Assembly (NCBI GenBank): GCA_964016885.1
Contig: OZ024759.1
Span: 13,578,001 to 13,642,000 of the forward strand
DNA length: 64,000 bases
Reading direction: 5' to 3'
From: Eledone cirrhosa
Taxonomy: Eukaryota
Under the pieces are notes generated by a model. It saw only the letters and a program-made list of their open reading frames with translations, was not told the DNA's origin and searched no databases. The translations under genes were made by a program, and so were the position numbers. The first letter of the stretch is position 1; the number at the start of each line of letters is the position of its first letter. Shown piece after piece: positions 1-12,432 of the stretch.

Positions 1-285
1 GATTTCAAGGAGTTAAACCACTTAATTACGGAGTCGCTGTTCTCCCACTGGGACAGGTTGGACTTGGTCCTAATGATCTTAACTATGTTTCTAAGTATGG
101 CCTTACTGACTAGTCCAATATCTGTGCGTGCCGGGTTTATTAGTCTACATGTGGGGTTAGAAGTAAAGTCTACCTTGTGATCTTTCAGGGTGAGGAACGC
201 CTCCTGCTTAGCTAGAGATTGTAGCTTCTTATCTACCTTAAGGTCGGTGGCGAGTTCCTTGGCTTCTGTATTAAGCGAAGTTCAC
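1..285 (-). mobile_element. Fragment of a Penelope-like retroelement RT N-terminal region, from a lineage different from the 7.7-10.5 kb element
   Basis: Manual minus-strand translation gives ...EAFLTLKDHKVDFTSNPTCRLINPARTDIGLVSKAIL...QWENSDSVIKWFNSLK, with the PLE-type K-D-H-K...P.CRLI motif. Confidence 0.7.
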
Positions 286-355
286 ACAGTCTGAGTGCTT
301 CCAATCTATTGTAAAACTCATTCTTTGATTTATTCATTGAACCTTGTTTAACCTT

Positions 356-400
<45 letters not shown>

Positions 401-639
401 GTATAATATACATATATATAGATATGTATTATATATATATATAAAAGTATATATAGAGATCTGACTATATATATGAACTATCTATATATATAGATCTGAG
501 CTAACCCAGGGGTGGTGACTCTTTCCTATTATCCACTCTACTACTGTAAGAATCGATTACTCTGGTGCGTTATGGTCCACCTGGTTCCTTACCACACTTC
601 CTTCGTTTTATTTATATATATATATATATATATATGTCA

Positions 640-966
640 CTTTTGAGCTGACTTTTGGGAAGCTCCCATACAGCTCTGAGTTTTTCATCCTCAGTGTATA
701 CTGATTAATGTTCAGAGCCATCTTCAGCATTCTCGTGTAGCACCCATCCACCATCTGAGTGAGTTTCTTGGTCAGTGTCTAAGTCTCAGACCCGTACAGC
801 AGCACAGACTCCACTACAGCAATGAAGAGGTGGATTTTCAGGTCTTTACGAAGGTCGACTTCCACACCGATCTCAAGCTGTGGCACGCCGCCCAGGCTTT
901 GCTCTTCCTCTCAACCACATCATCTTCCGTATTCCACATCTTTGCTCCCAAATACAGTAAGTCCTC
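640..966 (-). mobile_element. Degenerate RTE-like LINE RT C-terminal fragment
   Basis: Minus-strand translation YLGA...AWAACHSLRSVWKS...VESVLLYGSET*TLTKKL...DGCYTRML, with stops. Confidence 0.65.
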
Positions 967-1770
967 AAGGTATGGACATGTGATGCGCATGGAGGATCAC
1001 CGATGGGTGAAGAAGTGCCAGGAAATGCCAGTTGAAGGAAGACGTGGTAGAGGTAGGCTACGAAAAACATGGGCGGAGGTGGTGAGAACAGACCTCAGAT
1101 CATTGAAGCTCACGGGGGAGATGACGAAGGACCATGACAAGTGGAGAGATGCTGTGCTGAATAAGACCCGTCTCACCCTTGCAAGCAGGGAAAAGCGGAC
1201 GTAAAATGATGATGATGATGATGATGATATATATACACACACATATATATATATTTATATATATATGGAAGAAGTTTAGGGAGCTGCTTCCTCTGTTGAC
1301 AAAGAAGGGTTTCTCACTGCATACGAAAGGATGGTTATATGATGCCTCTGTGAGGTGCATGATTCTGCATGGTAGTGAGACATGGGCAGCAACTGTAGAA
1401 GGTATGAGACGGCTGGAGAGAAATGAAGCAATTATGCTTGGTTGGATGTGCAATGACGAGTTGAGAAAGAAATTGGGTATAAGAGGGATAAGTTGTGGTG
1501 TGCAGGAGAGAAGGCTGAGATGGTATGGACATATGATGCGCATGGAGGATGACTGATGGGTGAAGAAGTGCCAGGAAGTCCCAGTGGAGGGAAGACACAG
1601 TAGAGGTAGACCACGAAAAACATGGGCGGAGGTGGTGAGAGCAGACCTCAGATTGCTGAAACTCACTGAGGAGATGGCGAATCGTGACAAGTGGAGAGAT
1701 GTTGTGCTGAATAGGACCCGTGCCACCCTTGCAAGCAGGGAAAAGCTGACGTAAAATGATGATGATGATA
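967..1770 (+). mobile_element. Two 5'-truncated RTE family A 3' fragments (about 967-1228 and 1266-1770), each ending in a (GAT)n tail
   Basis: WYGHVMRMED...[11 protein letters not shown]...LASREKRT*; near-identical to the end of the 33748-35570 copy. Confidence 0.9.
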
Positions 1771-1793
1771 TATATATAAGTATATATACATAC

Positions 1794-1858
<65 letters not shown>

Positions 1859-1873
1859 CATATATATATATAC

Positions 1874-1914
<41 letters not shown>

Positions 1915-2193
1915 TCACTTATTTTCGGCGAAAGAAGGGAGAGAGGCTGACAGTCTGTTTCACACTGGTTGCCGTTTTGGCAGCTCCTGATTATTACTAG
2001 AATTCTATAAGAATCCAGCTTATATAATTTTTGGCGGAAGCAGGGGAGTGTGTGGCTCTGATGAACACCAATCAGCATGAAACAGACTGTCAGCTTCTCT
2101 TCCTTCTTTTGCTGAAAAGAAGTGACGTAGTCAGTACTTTAAATCTTATAGCGTATGGTCTTCTAAATGTTTTTAATTAAACATACCGTATAT

Positions 2194-2237
<44 letters not shown>

Positions 2238-2433
2238 GTGTATATATGTACATATATATACACATATATATATACATATATATATACACCTATGTGTATA
2301 TATGTACATATATATACACATATATATATATACATATATATACATATATATATACACATATGTGTATATATGTACATATATATACACACATATATATATA
2401 CATATATATACACATATATATATACACATATAT

Positions 2434-2500
<67 letters not shown>

Positions 2501-2554
2501 TATACACATATATATATACACATATATACACATATATATATATATATATATATA

Positions 2555-4300
2555 TCATCATCATCATCAACGTTTAACGTCCGTGTTCCACGCTTGCATG
2601 GGTTTGGACGGGGGTATTCCCACTTGAGGCAAGAGTGATTGTCTTGCTCGCATAGGACTGTCTGGCAGGTTTTCTACAGTTGGATGCCCTTCCTAACACC
2701 AACCACATTTACAGTGTGAGTCTGGGAGGTTTTTACTGTGTTGCCTACACGGCCACATTACAGCGTGGACTGTGTGTTTTTTTGTCGTGACACCTACACG
2801 ATCTCATTTGTTTCGGCCTGGATGGCGCTGCACCAACATAACTTTACATAGAACGGGGTGGTGTGGATGGGGTGGTGGTGGTGGGACGGGGTGTATTTTG
2901 TTAGAGATGCCTACTGGCTGTAGTAGGTTTTACTATGTATTTAGGTAAGGCGGGTCTTCTCTGTTACTGAGTACCGCCAAAGGTCTCGGTCCAGTGACAT
3001 TGTCTTGGAGAGGTGTAAATGTGTGAGGTCGGAGTTTATCAGCTCGTCCCAGGTTTTTCTAGGTCTGCCTATTCCGTGGCTACCGTCTATCTTTATTGCC
3101 CTGCACTTTGTTATACAGCTATCGACTTTCATGCGCATCACGTGTCCATACCAACGTAGCCTTCTCTCGAGTAAACAACATCTGATCCCTCTTATTTCTA
3201 ATTTTTTCCTTAGTTCGTTTATGCTTTGCCGTTCACGTATATTACTGTTACACATCCAGTGGAGCATGCAAGCTTCGTTCCTCTCTAGTCTGCGAATATC
3301 CTCTGCACACAATGCCCAGGTCTCACTGCCATGCAACATTGCTGTTCGTATGCAGGCATCATACAACCTGCCTTTCATTTTTAGGGAGAACCCTTTAGCA
3401 GCTAATAGTGGTATAAGCTCTCTGAACTTTTTCCAACCAGTTCTGACTCTAGCTACTGTACTTTCAGAGCACCCTCCCCCACTGCTGATTTTGTCGCCCA
3501 GGTAACGGAAGCTGTCCACTATTTCTATAGAACCCTCTGCGCAATTGAAAGAGCTAGTATTTTGTGGGCACTTGCTGCTACTTATTGCACCAGAGCACCG
3601 GCCACATGTAAAATCTATGTTCTTAGTTAGCTTACCTGTGATCCCACTACATCTTTTATGCACCCATACTTTGCATTTGGGACATAAAATGGAGTTTCTA
3701 CCTACGCCTTTCCTACAGACTGAGCATGGCCATTTCCCAGAAGGGACCGCCGCCTTATTTTCTTTCCTACAAACTAGAACTTTAGTCTTAGCCAGGTTAA
3801 TTTTAAGTCCTTTTGATTCTAGGCCGTGCTTCCATGTTTGGAATTTCTTCTCTAGCTCGGCCATTGATTCAGCTATGAGTGTCAGGTCGTCTGCGTATAG
3901 GAGTTCCCATGGGCAGCCGGTCTTGAACTCCTCTGTTATAGCCGGAAGGGCAATAATAAATAGTAGGGGGCTGAGAACAGAGCCCTGATGGACGCCAACT
4001 TTTACTCTAAACTCTTCACTATATTCGTTGTTAATTCTAACCTTCCTGACTGTTTCTTTATACATGGCTTGTATAGCTCTCACGAGCCATTCGTCAACCC
4101 CTAGTTTTCTAAGAGCCCACCAGATAATGGAACGGGGGACTCTGTCGAAGGCTTTCTCCAAGTCGACAAAAGCTAAGTAGAGGGGTTTACCTTTAGCTAG
4201 GTACTTCTCCTGTAGTTGTCGTACTATGAAAAGAGCGTCTGTGGTACTTTTGCTTGACACAAACCCGAACTGCATTTCATCTAGGTCAATTCTCTCTCTG
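2555..4300 (-). mobile_element. RTE family B LINE, 5'-truncated; open RT ORF (2941-4300) plus about 370-nt 3' UTR and (GAT)n tail
   Basis: QFGF, FVDLEKAFDRVP, GVHQGSVLSP, LYADD and FRYLG motifs; the same 3' UTR follows the 37.1-39.8 kb copy. Confidence 0.93.
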
Positions 4301-4393
<93 letters not shown>

Positions 4394-4474
4394 CATATAT
4401 ATATATACACATATATATATGTTCAGACCCATGCTAGCGTGGAAGATGGACGTTAAACGATGATGATGATAAAC

Positions 4475-4508
<34 letters not shown>

Positions 4509-4807
4509 ACATTATATATATATATACACATATATATATACACATATATATATACACATATGTATATATACATATATACACATATATATATACATACATG
4601 TATATATATATACACATATATATATACATACATGTATATATATATACACATATATATACACATATGTATATATATATATACATATATATATATATACACA
4701 TATGTATATATATATATACACATATATATACATACATGTATACATATATACATATACATACATGTATACATGTATACATATATATATACACACATGTATA
4801 TATACAC

Positions 4808-4842
<35 letters not shown>

Positions 4843-4848
4843 CATATA

Positions 4849-5210
4849 TCATCATCATCATCATCATCAACGTTTAACGTCCGTGTTCCACGCTTGCATG
4901 GGTTTGGACGGGGGTAGTCCCACTTGAGGCAAGAGTGATTGTCTTGCTCGCATAGGACTGTCTGGCAGGTTTTCTACAGTTGGATGCCCTTCCTAACACC
5001 AACCACATTTACAGTGTGGGTCTGGGAGGTTTTTACCGTGTTGCCTACACGGCCACATTACAGCGTGGACTGTGTGTTTTTTTGTCGTGACACCTACACG
5101 ATCTCATTTGTTTCGGCCTCGATGGCGCGGCACCAACATAACTTTACATAGAACGGGGTGGTGTGGATGTGGTGGGGGTGGTGGTGGTGGGACGGGGTGT
5201 ATTTTGTTAG
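4849..5210 (-). mobile_element. RTE-B 3' UTR-only copy; others at about 10560-10940 (+), 31100-31480 (+), and 41278-41650 (-, with an internal duplication)
   Basis: Near-identical to 2555-2905; ends in ...ggacgttaaa(c)(GAT)n. Confidence 0.85.
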
Positions 5211-5984
5211 ATATATATACATATATATATATATCATCATCATCATTGTTTAACTTCTATCTTTCACGCTAGCATTGGTTAGACGGTTTTGTTCCATTTG
5301 ATGCGGGAATGGTCGGGTGACCGTGTCTCGCTCATACGGAAGTGTCTGTGGCAGGCGTTCTCTCTCTCATCATCATCATCATCATCATCACTGTTTTACG
5401 TCCGTTCTTCCACGCTAGCATGGGTTAGACGGGTTGTCCTGTTGTGGGCAGTGTCTGGTCGGCTGACCATGCCTTGCTCATACAGGAACTGATCTGGCTT
5501 GATTTCTACAGCTGGATGCCCTTCCTAACACCAACCTCATTTACAGTGAGTGCTGGGTGCTTTTTCGTGGCGCCTACACGTACACTTTACAGTGTGGGCT
5601 GGGTGCTTTTTTGCCGTGGCACCTCCACGACCACCTTGCGGTGGGGGGTGTGGGGGCATATTGTCTATATGCTTCAGCTTGTACCCATGGGAGGTCGGGT
5701 ACTCTGTATTACTGCGTGACGCCAGAAGTCACGGTCGTGTGACATTGTCTTTGAGAGGTGTAATTGGGTAAGGTCTCTATATATATTATCAAAAAAACGA
5801 AAAATCAGTGATGCATCTGGACTTAGTTTATTTCATGTTACAAATGTTTCGCCGGCATGTAGCTCGAGTCATGGTCCTTTTCCTACACTCTACTCTGATG
5901 AATATCGACTGCTAATTTTGGCATACCACCTACAGAAGCACCATAGCTACCACTATACACAAATATATATATATATATATATAT

Positions 5985-6328
5985 CATCATCATCATCATT
6001 TCATTTTACGTCCACTTTTTCCTTGCTTGCAAGGGTGGGACGGGAACTGATTCTGGCTCGATTTCTACAGCTGGATGCCCTTCCTAACACCAACCTCATT
6101 ACAGTGAGTGCTGGGTGCTTCTTTGCCGTGGCACCTCCACGACCACTTTGCAGTGGAATGATAGGGACCCCAGTCACCTAACATCTCATTTCTACAGCTG
6201 AGTAAACTGGAGCAATGTGAAATAAAGTGTCTTGCTCAAGGAAACAACACATCACCCGGTTTGAGAATTGAACTCACAACCTTTCGATTGCAAGGCCAAT
6301 GCTCTAACCACTAAGCCATGTGCCTCCA
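5985..6328 (-). mobile_element. tRNA-derived SINE family A (tRNA head + CORE-like body + RTE-derived tail); other copies at about 16345-16662, 20290-20614, 21667-22003, 25742-26056, 46602-46978 (all -), and 23456-23785, 40660-40892 (+)
   Basis: A box TGGCTTAGTGG and B box GAGTTCAATTC; body ccttgagcaagacacttta...ctcagctgtagaaatg resembles the CORE domain; tail is the same as the RTE-A 3' end. Confidence 0.85.
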
Positions 6329-6887
6329 TATATATATCATATATATATATATGAGAATAAACGTGCTGCGGATTTGCAAATGGGTTACATATGAATAAAG
6401 TGGTCCTTGATCAGTGATCTTTCAACCATCATCGGTATTTCTTCGCTTTAAAGACCATATACCTCCGGTTGGTGCGATCAACGGCTAAAGAAAGTCGTTG
6501 GGACATATATATATATATATATATATGTACATAATCCATATGATTTACATATAAACACAATATGATAAATAGGCTTGGTACACTCTGCAAAAATTGTTGG
6601 TGAAAGGAAAAGTATCCAACCGTAAAAGACCTGCCAAAGAAAGGAGTGGGAGGAGTTTTTAGCTATGTCAATGAGATGACAATCTTCCTGGTGCTATTGT
6701 CACGGTAAAATACACTTAGTGCACGGGTTCAAATGCAAGCATGTCACAAGCTGCCAAGCCATCTGAACACCTGGTAAGCTGTAGGAACATAAGTACTGGT
6801 GTCAGTAGCTCTGCTTTGAGTATAAACCGGATGGGCCAGCCAATACTTGCTTGTAGGAAAAGTGGATGATGATGATGATGATGATGA

Positions 6888-7430
6888 TAATTGTTTCTAC
6901 TTTAGGCACAAGGCCAGCAAATAAAAGGTTTAAAATAATTGTTTCTACTTTTGGCACAAGGCCAGCAATTACCCAGTGCATTACTGGTACTTTATTTCAT
7001 CGACCCCATGAGGATGAAAGGCAAAGTTAACCTCGGCGGGCTTTGAACTCAGAATGGCAAGGGACGTAACTCTATGCGTCAAAGCATGGCGTCCGACCCT
7101 CTACCGATACTGCCAATCCAACGCCCTCAGGTGGATTTTAAAGGTTTAAAATAATGTGAATTAATTGTAAAGTTTGGCTCCAAGACTTCCCAACATAGTT
7201 TTAGATGTCTAAGGTGTTACTTTAGACAATCTATATAATAATAATTGTTTCTACTTTTGGCACAAGGCCAGCAAATACCCAGTACATTAGTGGTACTTTA
7301 CTTTATCGACCCCGTAAGGATGAAAGGCAAAGTCAACCTCGGCGGGATTTGAACTCAGATTGTAAAGGGACGTAACTATGATAGAAAGTATGGCGCCCAA
7401 CCCTCTACCGATACTGCCAATTCACCGCCC
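6888..7430 (-). mobile_element. SINE family B copies with (TTA)n tails; further copies at about 18105-20078 (cluster), 31798-31983, 33575-33720, 35570-35845, 36150-36290, 47270-47460, 51830-52010 (all -), and 24590-24780, 57650-58340 (+)
   Basis: Consensus ggcggtggattggcagtatcggtagag...GAGTTCAAATCC...gcctttcatccttacggggtcgataaaataaagtaccag; the central block resembles the Meta-SINE domain as I recall it. Confidence 0.8.
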
Positions 7431-7465
7431 TTGTGATGATGATGATGATAATGATGACAATACAT

Positions 7466-7720
7466 ATACCATATATACTCGAATATAAGTCGACCCCACT
7501 ATTTTATGTTTGAGAAATGGGCAAAAAATCCTAACCTTGTTTACATAGAATTTGAAGTTGGTGAAAATCGTCAAAACATTGACTCTGTTTGTTCATCGAC
7601 CTGCGACGGCAACTGCGTGCGTTTGTTAAATGGCAAAGTCGTGGCGTGGACTCGTCGTAGGTCGAATGATTTATCGGAGGGGTTATAAAACGGAGAGTTC
7701 CAGGCTGCTGCTTTATGTGT
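7466..7720 (+). mobile_element. Left end of a pogo/Tc1-type DNA element, interrupted by the Penelope element
   Basis: taccatatatactcgaatataagtcgac resembles TA-CCGTA-type TIRs; no partner TIR found. Confidence 0.45.
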
Positions 7721-7721
7721 A

Positions 7722-10505
7722 CTAAAAGAAGCACAATTTAGTATAGCTAAATCCGAACTTAGAAATATTATAGAACAGTATAGCAAGAAGCATAATAGAA
7801 TAGAGGCCCAGCAACTGGGAGAAGAATCTGCAAATGGCTTGCGTAAGCTCATGCAGCGCTCGCGTAATGGAGAGATAGCATGCTTTCCAACAGACAAGTC
7901 TGGCAGAATGTCGGTTGACAGCCTGCCAAACTACATCCAGGCAATGCAACCCCACATCACTAACACAAGAGAGGTAACACCACAGGAGCATGAGGATAGA
8001 GAAAAAACCCTCAAAACCCTCAATGCCCATATGGTGATGTGGACAAATATAATGCAGCCCAACAAAAGGACTGCCAACAACTTCCAGGCCTGGAACAATG
8101 ACGTGCCGGCGTTGTATGGGCTTCGAAAAGACCATAAAACGGGCTGGGACCCTGTCGCGGGACCACCAACACGGCCAGTCTGTGGGGCTAACATTGCTAG
8201 TAACTACAGACTGTCCTACTTCCTCTCCCTGATCATACGCCCCATCATTGAGATGTCCCCAGATGTGTGTGACAGCACGGAGGACCTCCTCAGCAGAATC
8301 GGCGTGGGTAACCGATCTGGGGACCTAACAAACTGCATAATAGGCAGTATGGATGTTGTGTCCCTGTATCCATCTATTGACGTGGATTTTGCTGTGGAGA
8401 AATGCGTAGAAATGATCAGCGAGAGCAAGGTTGAGTTCCGTGGGATTGATACCAGTGAGCTGGGACTTCTACTTAAGCTTACCCATAGTAATAGTTACCT
8501 AGACACTTATGACCTTAGCAACCTGTGCCCTACAAGACCAGCAAGAGGCAGACCACCTACCATTACCTCAATGGCCAAGAAAACCCACACAGATAGATGG
8601 AACGGGTGGACCAGAGCCATACGGACACCCGAAAACCACGATGAACTGAAGAAAATGATTGCACATGCGGTAGGGGCCAGCATAAAATTAACCCTTAAGG
8701 AACATATGTTCAAATTTAATGGTAAAACATATGCCCAAGAGGAAGGAGCAGCCATTGGTGTTAGCATTGCAGGCGACATAGCTAACTTATTCATGGTATG
8801 GTGGGACAGTAGACTTAAACAAAAACTTAATGAACAATTAGAAGACAGCTTAACCCTGATAATGTACTCCCGCTACGTAGATGATATAAACATCGTAGTT
8901 AAGACACCCCCACTAAAGAACAGTCAGGAACTAGAGAAAAACACAATGGAAAGCATCCAGCAAATAGCAAACTCCATCCACCAGAGCATTAGAGTTACTA
9001 TAGACTACCCAAGTAGACACCCCAACCATCGATTACCTGTACTAGACACAGAGCTCTGGTTAGATACAATTAACAACCAAAAACAAATCCTCCATTCCCA
9101 TTATGCCAAACCCATGACTTCCAAACATCTGATCCACCGAAACTCGGCCATTTCGGACCATACCAAAATCAACATACTGATTGCGGATTTGGTACGGGTG
9201 ATGAGAAATGTGTCCCGCATGTGCAACCCCGAAGAACTAGAGAGACACATACAACACTTCATCCACCGTATGCAGTTCTCTGGCTACAATCAGAGAGATA
9301 GAATCAGAGTGTATAAAGGAGCCAGAACCAAATGGGAAAAAATGGTAAATAATGACATAAATGGGACCTGCCCCTTGTATAGGAGCAAATTTTGGAATAG
9401 AATAGAAAGAACTAGGAACAAGGCCAATAGAATAAACTCATGGTATGATAGCAATAAATACCAGAGTGTAATGTTCATCAATACAACCCCTAGAGGCGAA
9501 CTAGCCTACAAATTTAGAAGGGCCCTAAAGAAACATAATCTCAATATTAAGATAGTAGAAAGACCTGGTACCTCCGTAAAAACACTTATTAGCAAGACAT
9601 ACCCGTTCCAAAGACCCTCATGTATAGATAAGAAATGTATAACCTGTAAAATAAGCCCCCATATTAACTGTAAAACTAGAAATGTAGTATATAGCATAAG
9701 ATGTACTGAAGGACAATGTAGAAACAAAAATATAGTGTACATAGGTGAGACAGCTCGTAGTATAGGGGAACGAATAAATGAACACTGGCGAGACCTCCAA
9801 GATAATAAAGAATCATCTGTGCTCTACCAACATGCTAAGATAGAACACAGGGGTAAATTAGAGAGCATAGAAATAAAAATAGAATCCACACACAAGAAAG
9901 ACGCAATGTTTAGGCAAATTACAGAGGCAGTAAGCATAAAAGAATTAAAACCAAAATTAAATAGAAAATATGAGTGGAACAGCAACATCACAACTTACAA
10001 TTAAGGACAAAATGAAAACACACACACACATAGAACAAACAACTTACAATTGAAAACACACACAAAATGAAAACACACACAAGACAAAATGAAAACACAC
10101 ACACACATAGAACAAACAACCAACCAACAATAAATAAATAAATAAATAAACAAATAGAAAAATATAAATAGAAAAATAGAAAAATGAACACAAACACACA
10201 CAGACACCCGGATGTGGCGCATGCGCAAACTGAGCACGCAACCCACACACAAACAAAATGGCGTAGGATAGAAGAAAGGAAAGGCACAGAAACGAAGAAA
10301 GAAATCCCCAGTCACTGAAGAGGTCACAGAGTGTGTGACGAAAGAACTATGACTATATATATATAAACAACTATCTGGTTGTGGAACCAACCAACCAACC
10401 AGAAAGTTATAAATTTGTAAATTTATAAATATATAATAAATTAAATTGAAGTGAAAGCAACTGGTGCGTGTGTTTCTTATTGGCAACATGACCCTCCCAA
10501 AGTAT

Positions 10506-10510
<5 letters not shown>
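7722..10510 (+). mobile_element. Penelope-like retroelement (C-terminal endonuclease type, Neptune/Nematis-like), 5'-truncated; uninterrupted RT + Cys linker + GIY-YIG ORF ending at 10004; 3' pseudo-LTR with a hammerhead motif, ending in (TA)n
   Basis: PTDKSG, LYGLRKDHK, TRPV, SMDVVSLYPSI, GAAIG, RYVDD, CxxxxCxxC, VVYSIRC...YIGETARSIGERINEH; the frame is also open upstream of 7839. Confidence 0.93.
10310..10354 (+). ncRNA. Minimal type I hammerhead ribozyme in the Penelope 3' pseudo-LTR
   Basis: AGTCA-CTGAAGA-G-GTCACA(gagtg)TGTGAC-GAAA-GAAC-TA-TGACT: stem I, catalytic boxes, 6-bp stem II, very short stem III, and a UH cleavage site. Confidence 0.75.
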
Positions 10511-10561
<51 letters not shown>

Positions 10562-10954
10562 ACCTACAGTCAGTAGGCACCTCTAACAAAAATACACCCC
10601 GGCCCCACTACCCCCACCCCATTCACACCACCCCTTCCAATGTAAAGTTATGTTGGTACCACAGCATCCAGTCCAAAACAAATGAGGGTGTGTAGGTGTC
10701 ACGACAAAAAAACACAGTCCACGCTGTAATGTGGCCATGTAGGTAACACGGTAAAAACATCCCAGTCCACACTGTAAACGTGGTTGGTGTTAGGAAGGGC
10801 ATCCAGCCGTAGAAAACCCGCCAGACAGTCCTATGCGAGCAAGACAACCAATCTTGCCTCAAGTGGGAAAATTCCCGTCCAAACCCATGCTAGCGTGGAA
10901 GATGGACGTTAAATGATGATGATGATGATGATGATGATGATATATATATATATA

Positions 10955-11661
10955 CAGGGTGTGGATGATATTTGTTCGCAATTTTCAACTGCTAATTTTA
11001 TGCAAATTTTTTTACTTCCGTTGTCACTCTTGTCTTCATAAAAACAGTGACTATATTTCCATTATTTATTTTCAGAATAATTGATTATGAATAAGTTTGA
11101 ACCTCCAAATTTGTGGAAGAGACACAGAGTTCTTCTTGGAATCTGCACCGGGAGGACAAATAAGGCCAGATGATCAACTTCCAGAACAACAGGTGGCTTG
11201 CTGTGTCATCCAAAGACGTGTCCAGAGTCATGCAGACAAAGTTTCCAGCGACAACATTGGCCTTAGGTGTCGTCAGCAGTCAAGGTGACGTCATGCCACC
11301 TCACTTCATCAACCACACTTCACCTGACATCTGGCCTCCCAGCTCGCCTGACTGCAACCCCCTCAACTTCTTTGTGTGGGGCGCAGTGGAACGAGACACC
11401 AATACGAAAGACGATCTAAAGGCCAGGATCACAAGCGGCTTTAGGGGCCTAAGTCGGAGGACAGTGACGTGGCCTGTAGCCGGTTCCGAGGCCACCTTGA
11501 GGCTGTCATCAAAGCCAATGACAGGTTTATCGAGTGAGATCGAAAGAACAAGTCATGAAGAGAAACTGACCTAAGTTTGATAAATAAATCTTAAAAAATA
11601 AAACTATTATGTTATTTTTTCCTAGACAGTAATCTTACAAACAAATATCGTCAGCACCCTG
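10955..11661 (+). mobile_element. Internally deleted Tc1/mariner DNA transposon with both TIRs, in TA context
   Basis: TIR cagggtgtggatgatatttgtt / aacaaatatcgtcagcaccctg; transposase motif WPPSSPDCNPLNFFVWG. Confidence 0.88.
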
Positions 11662-11899
11662 TATATATATATATATTATATATTGTTATACTTTGGGAGG
11701 GTCATGCTGCCAATAAAAACACAGGCACCTGTTGGTTTATCATCATCCTCACCATTTCATATCCATCTTCCACGCTAGCATGGGTAGGGCATACTATTAT
11801 ATATATATATTACACAGTAATACAGAAGACCCAACTTCCCACAGGTACAAGCCAAAACTGAAGCATATAGACAGCATGATATATATATTTATATATATA

Positions 11900-12432
11900 T
11901 ATCATAATTTTTACGTCCATTTTTTCATGCTTGCATGGGCTGGATGGGTTCTTTTCAGGACAGCATTCCTCCACTACTCGGTATGTTCCTTCATCATCTC
12001 CTCCATAGAGTTTCAGTGATTTGAGGTCAGCTCTCACAACTTCTGCCTAGGTCTTGCTTGGTCTACCTCTACTTCCCTCTACTGGCATTTCTTGGCTCTT
12101 CTTCACCCAGCAATCATCATCCATGTGAATCACATGTCCCTACTAACAGTCTTGTCTCTTGCACACCACTTCAGATTCCTCTTAAACCCAGTTTCTCCCT
12201 CATAATACATTTACAGTGGACATTCAATGAAGCCTGGTTATGTCATTTCCATCTAGCCCTTTGCAGTTACAGCCCACGTTTCACTATCATTCAACACTGC
12301 ACTTCACACACTCAGGCGTGATACAGCTGTGCTATTGTAGGGAGAAACCTTTTGTTGTCAACAGTGGGAGTGGCTCTCTAAACTTCTTCCACCCTATCCT
12401 TATTCTAACTATTATGTTCTCAGCACACCCTA
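11900..12432 (-). mobile_element. Degenerate RTE 3' fragment
   Basis: Minus-strand remnants of RIRIGWKKFREPLPLLTTKGFS and RADLKSLKL; RTE-type 3' end. Confidence 0.75.

Noticed and set aside
7150-7215. Possible TMC exon encoding LCWEVLE (compare the CWET..GQE motif)
   Set aside because: Only CWE matches, there is no GQE, no convincing donor, and the TM5 exon that should precede it was not found.
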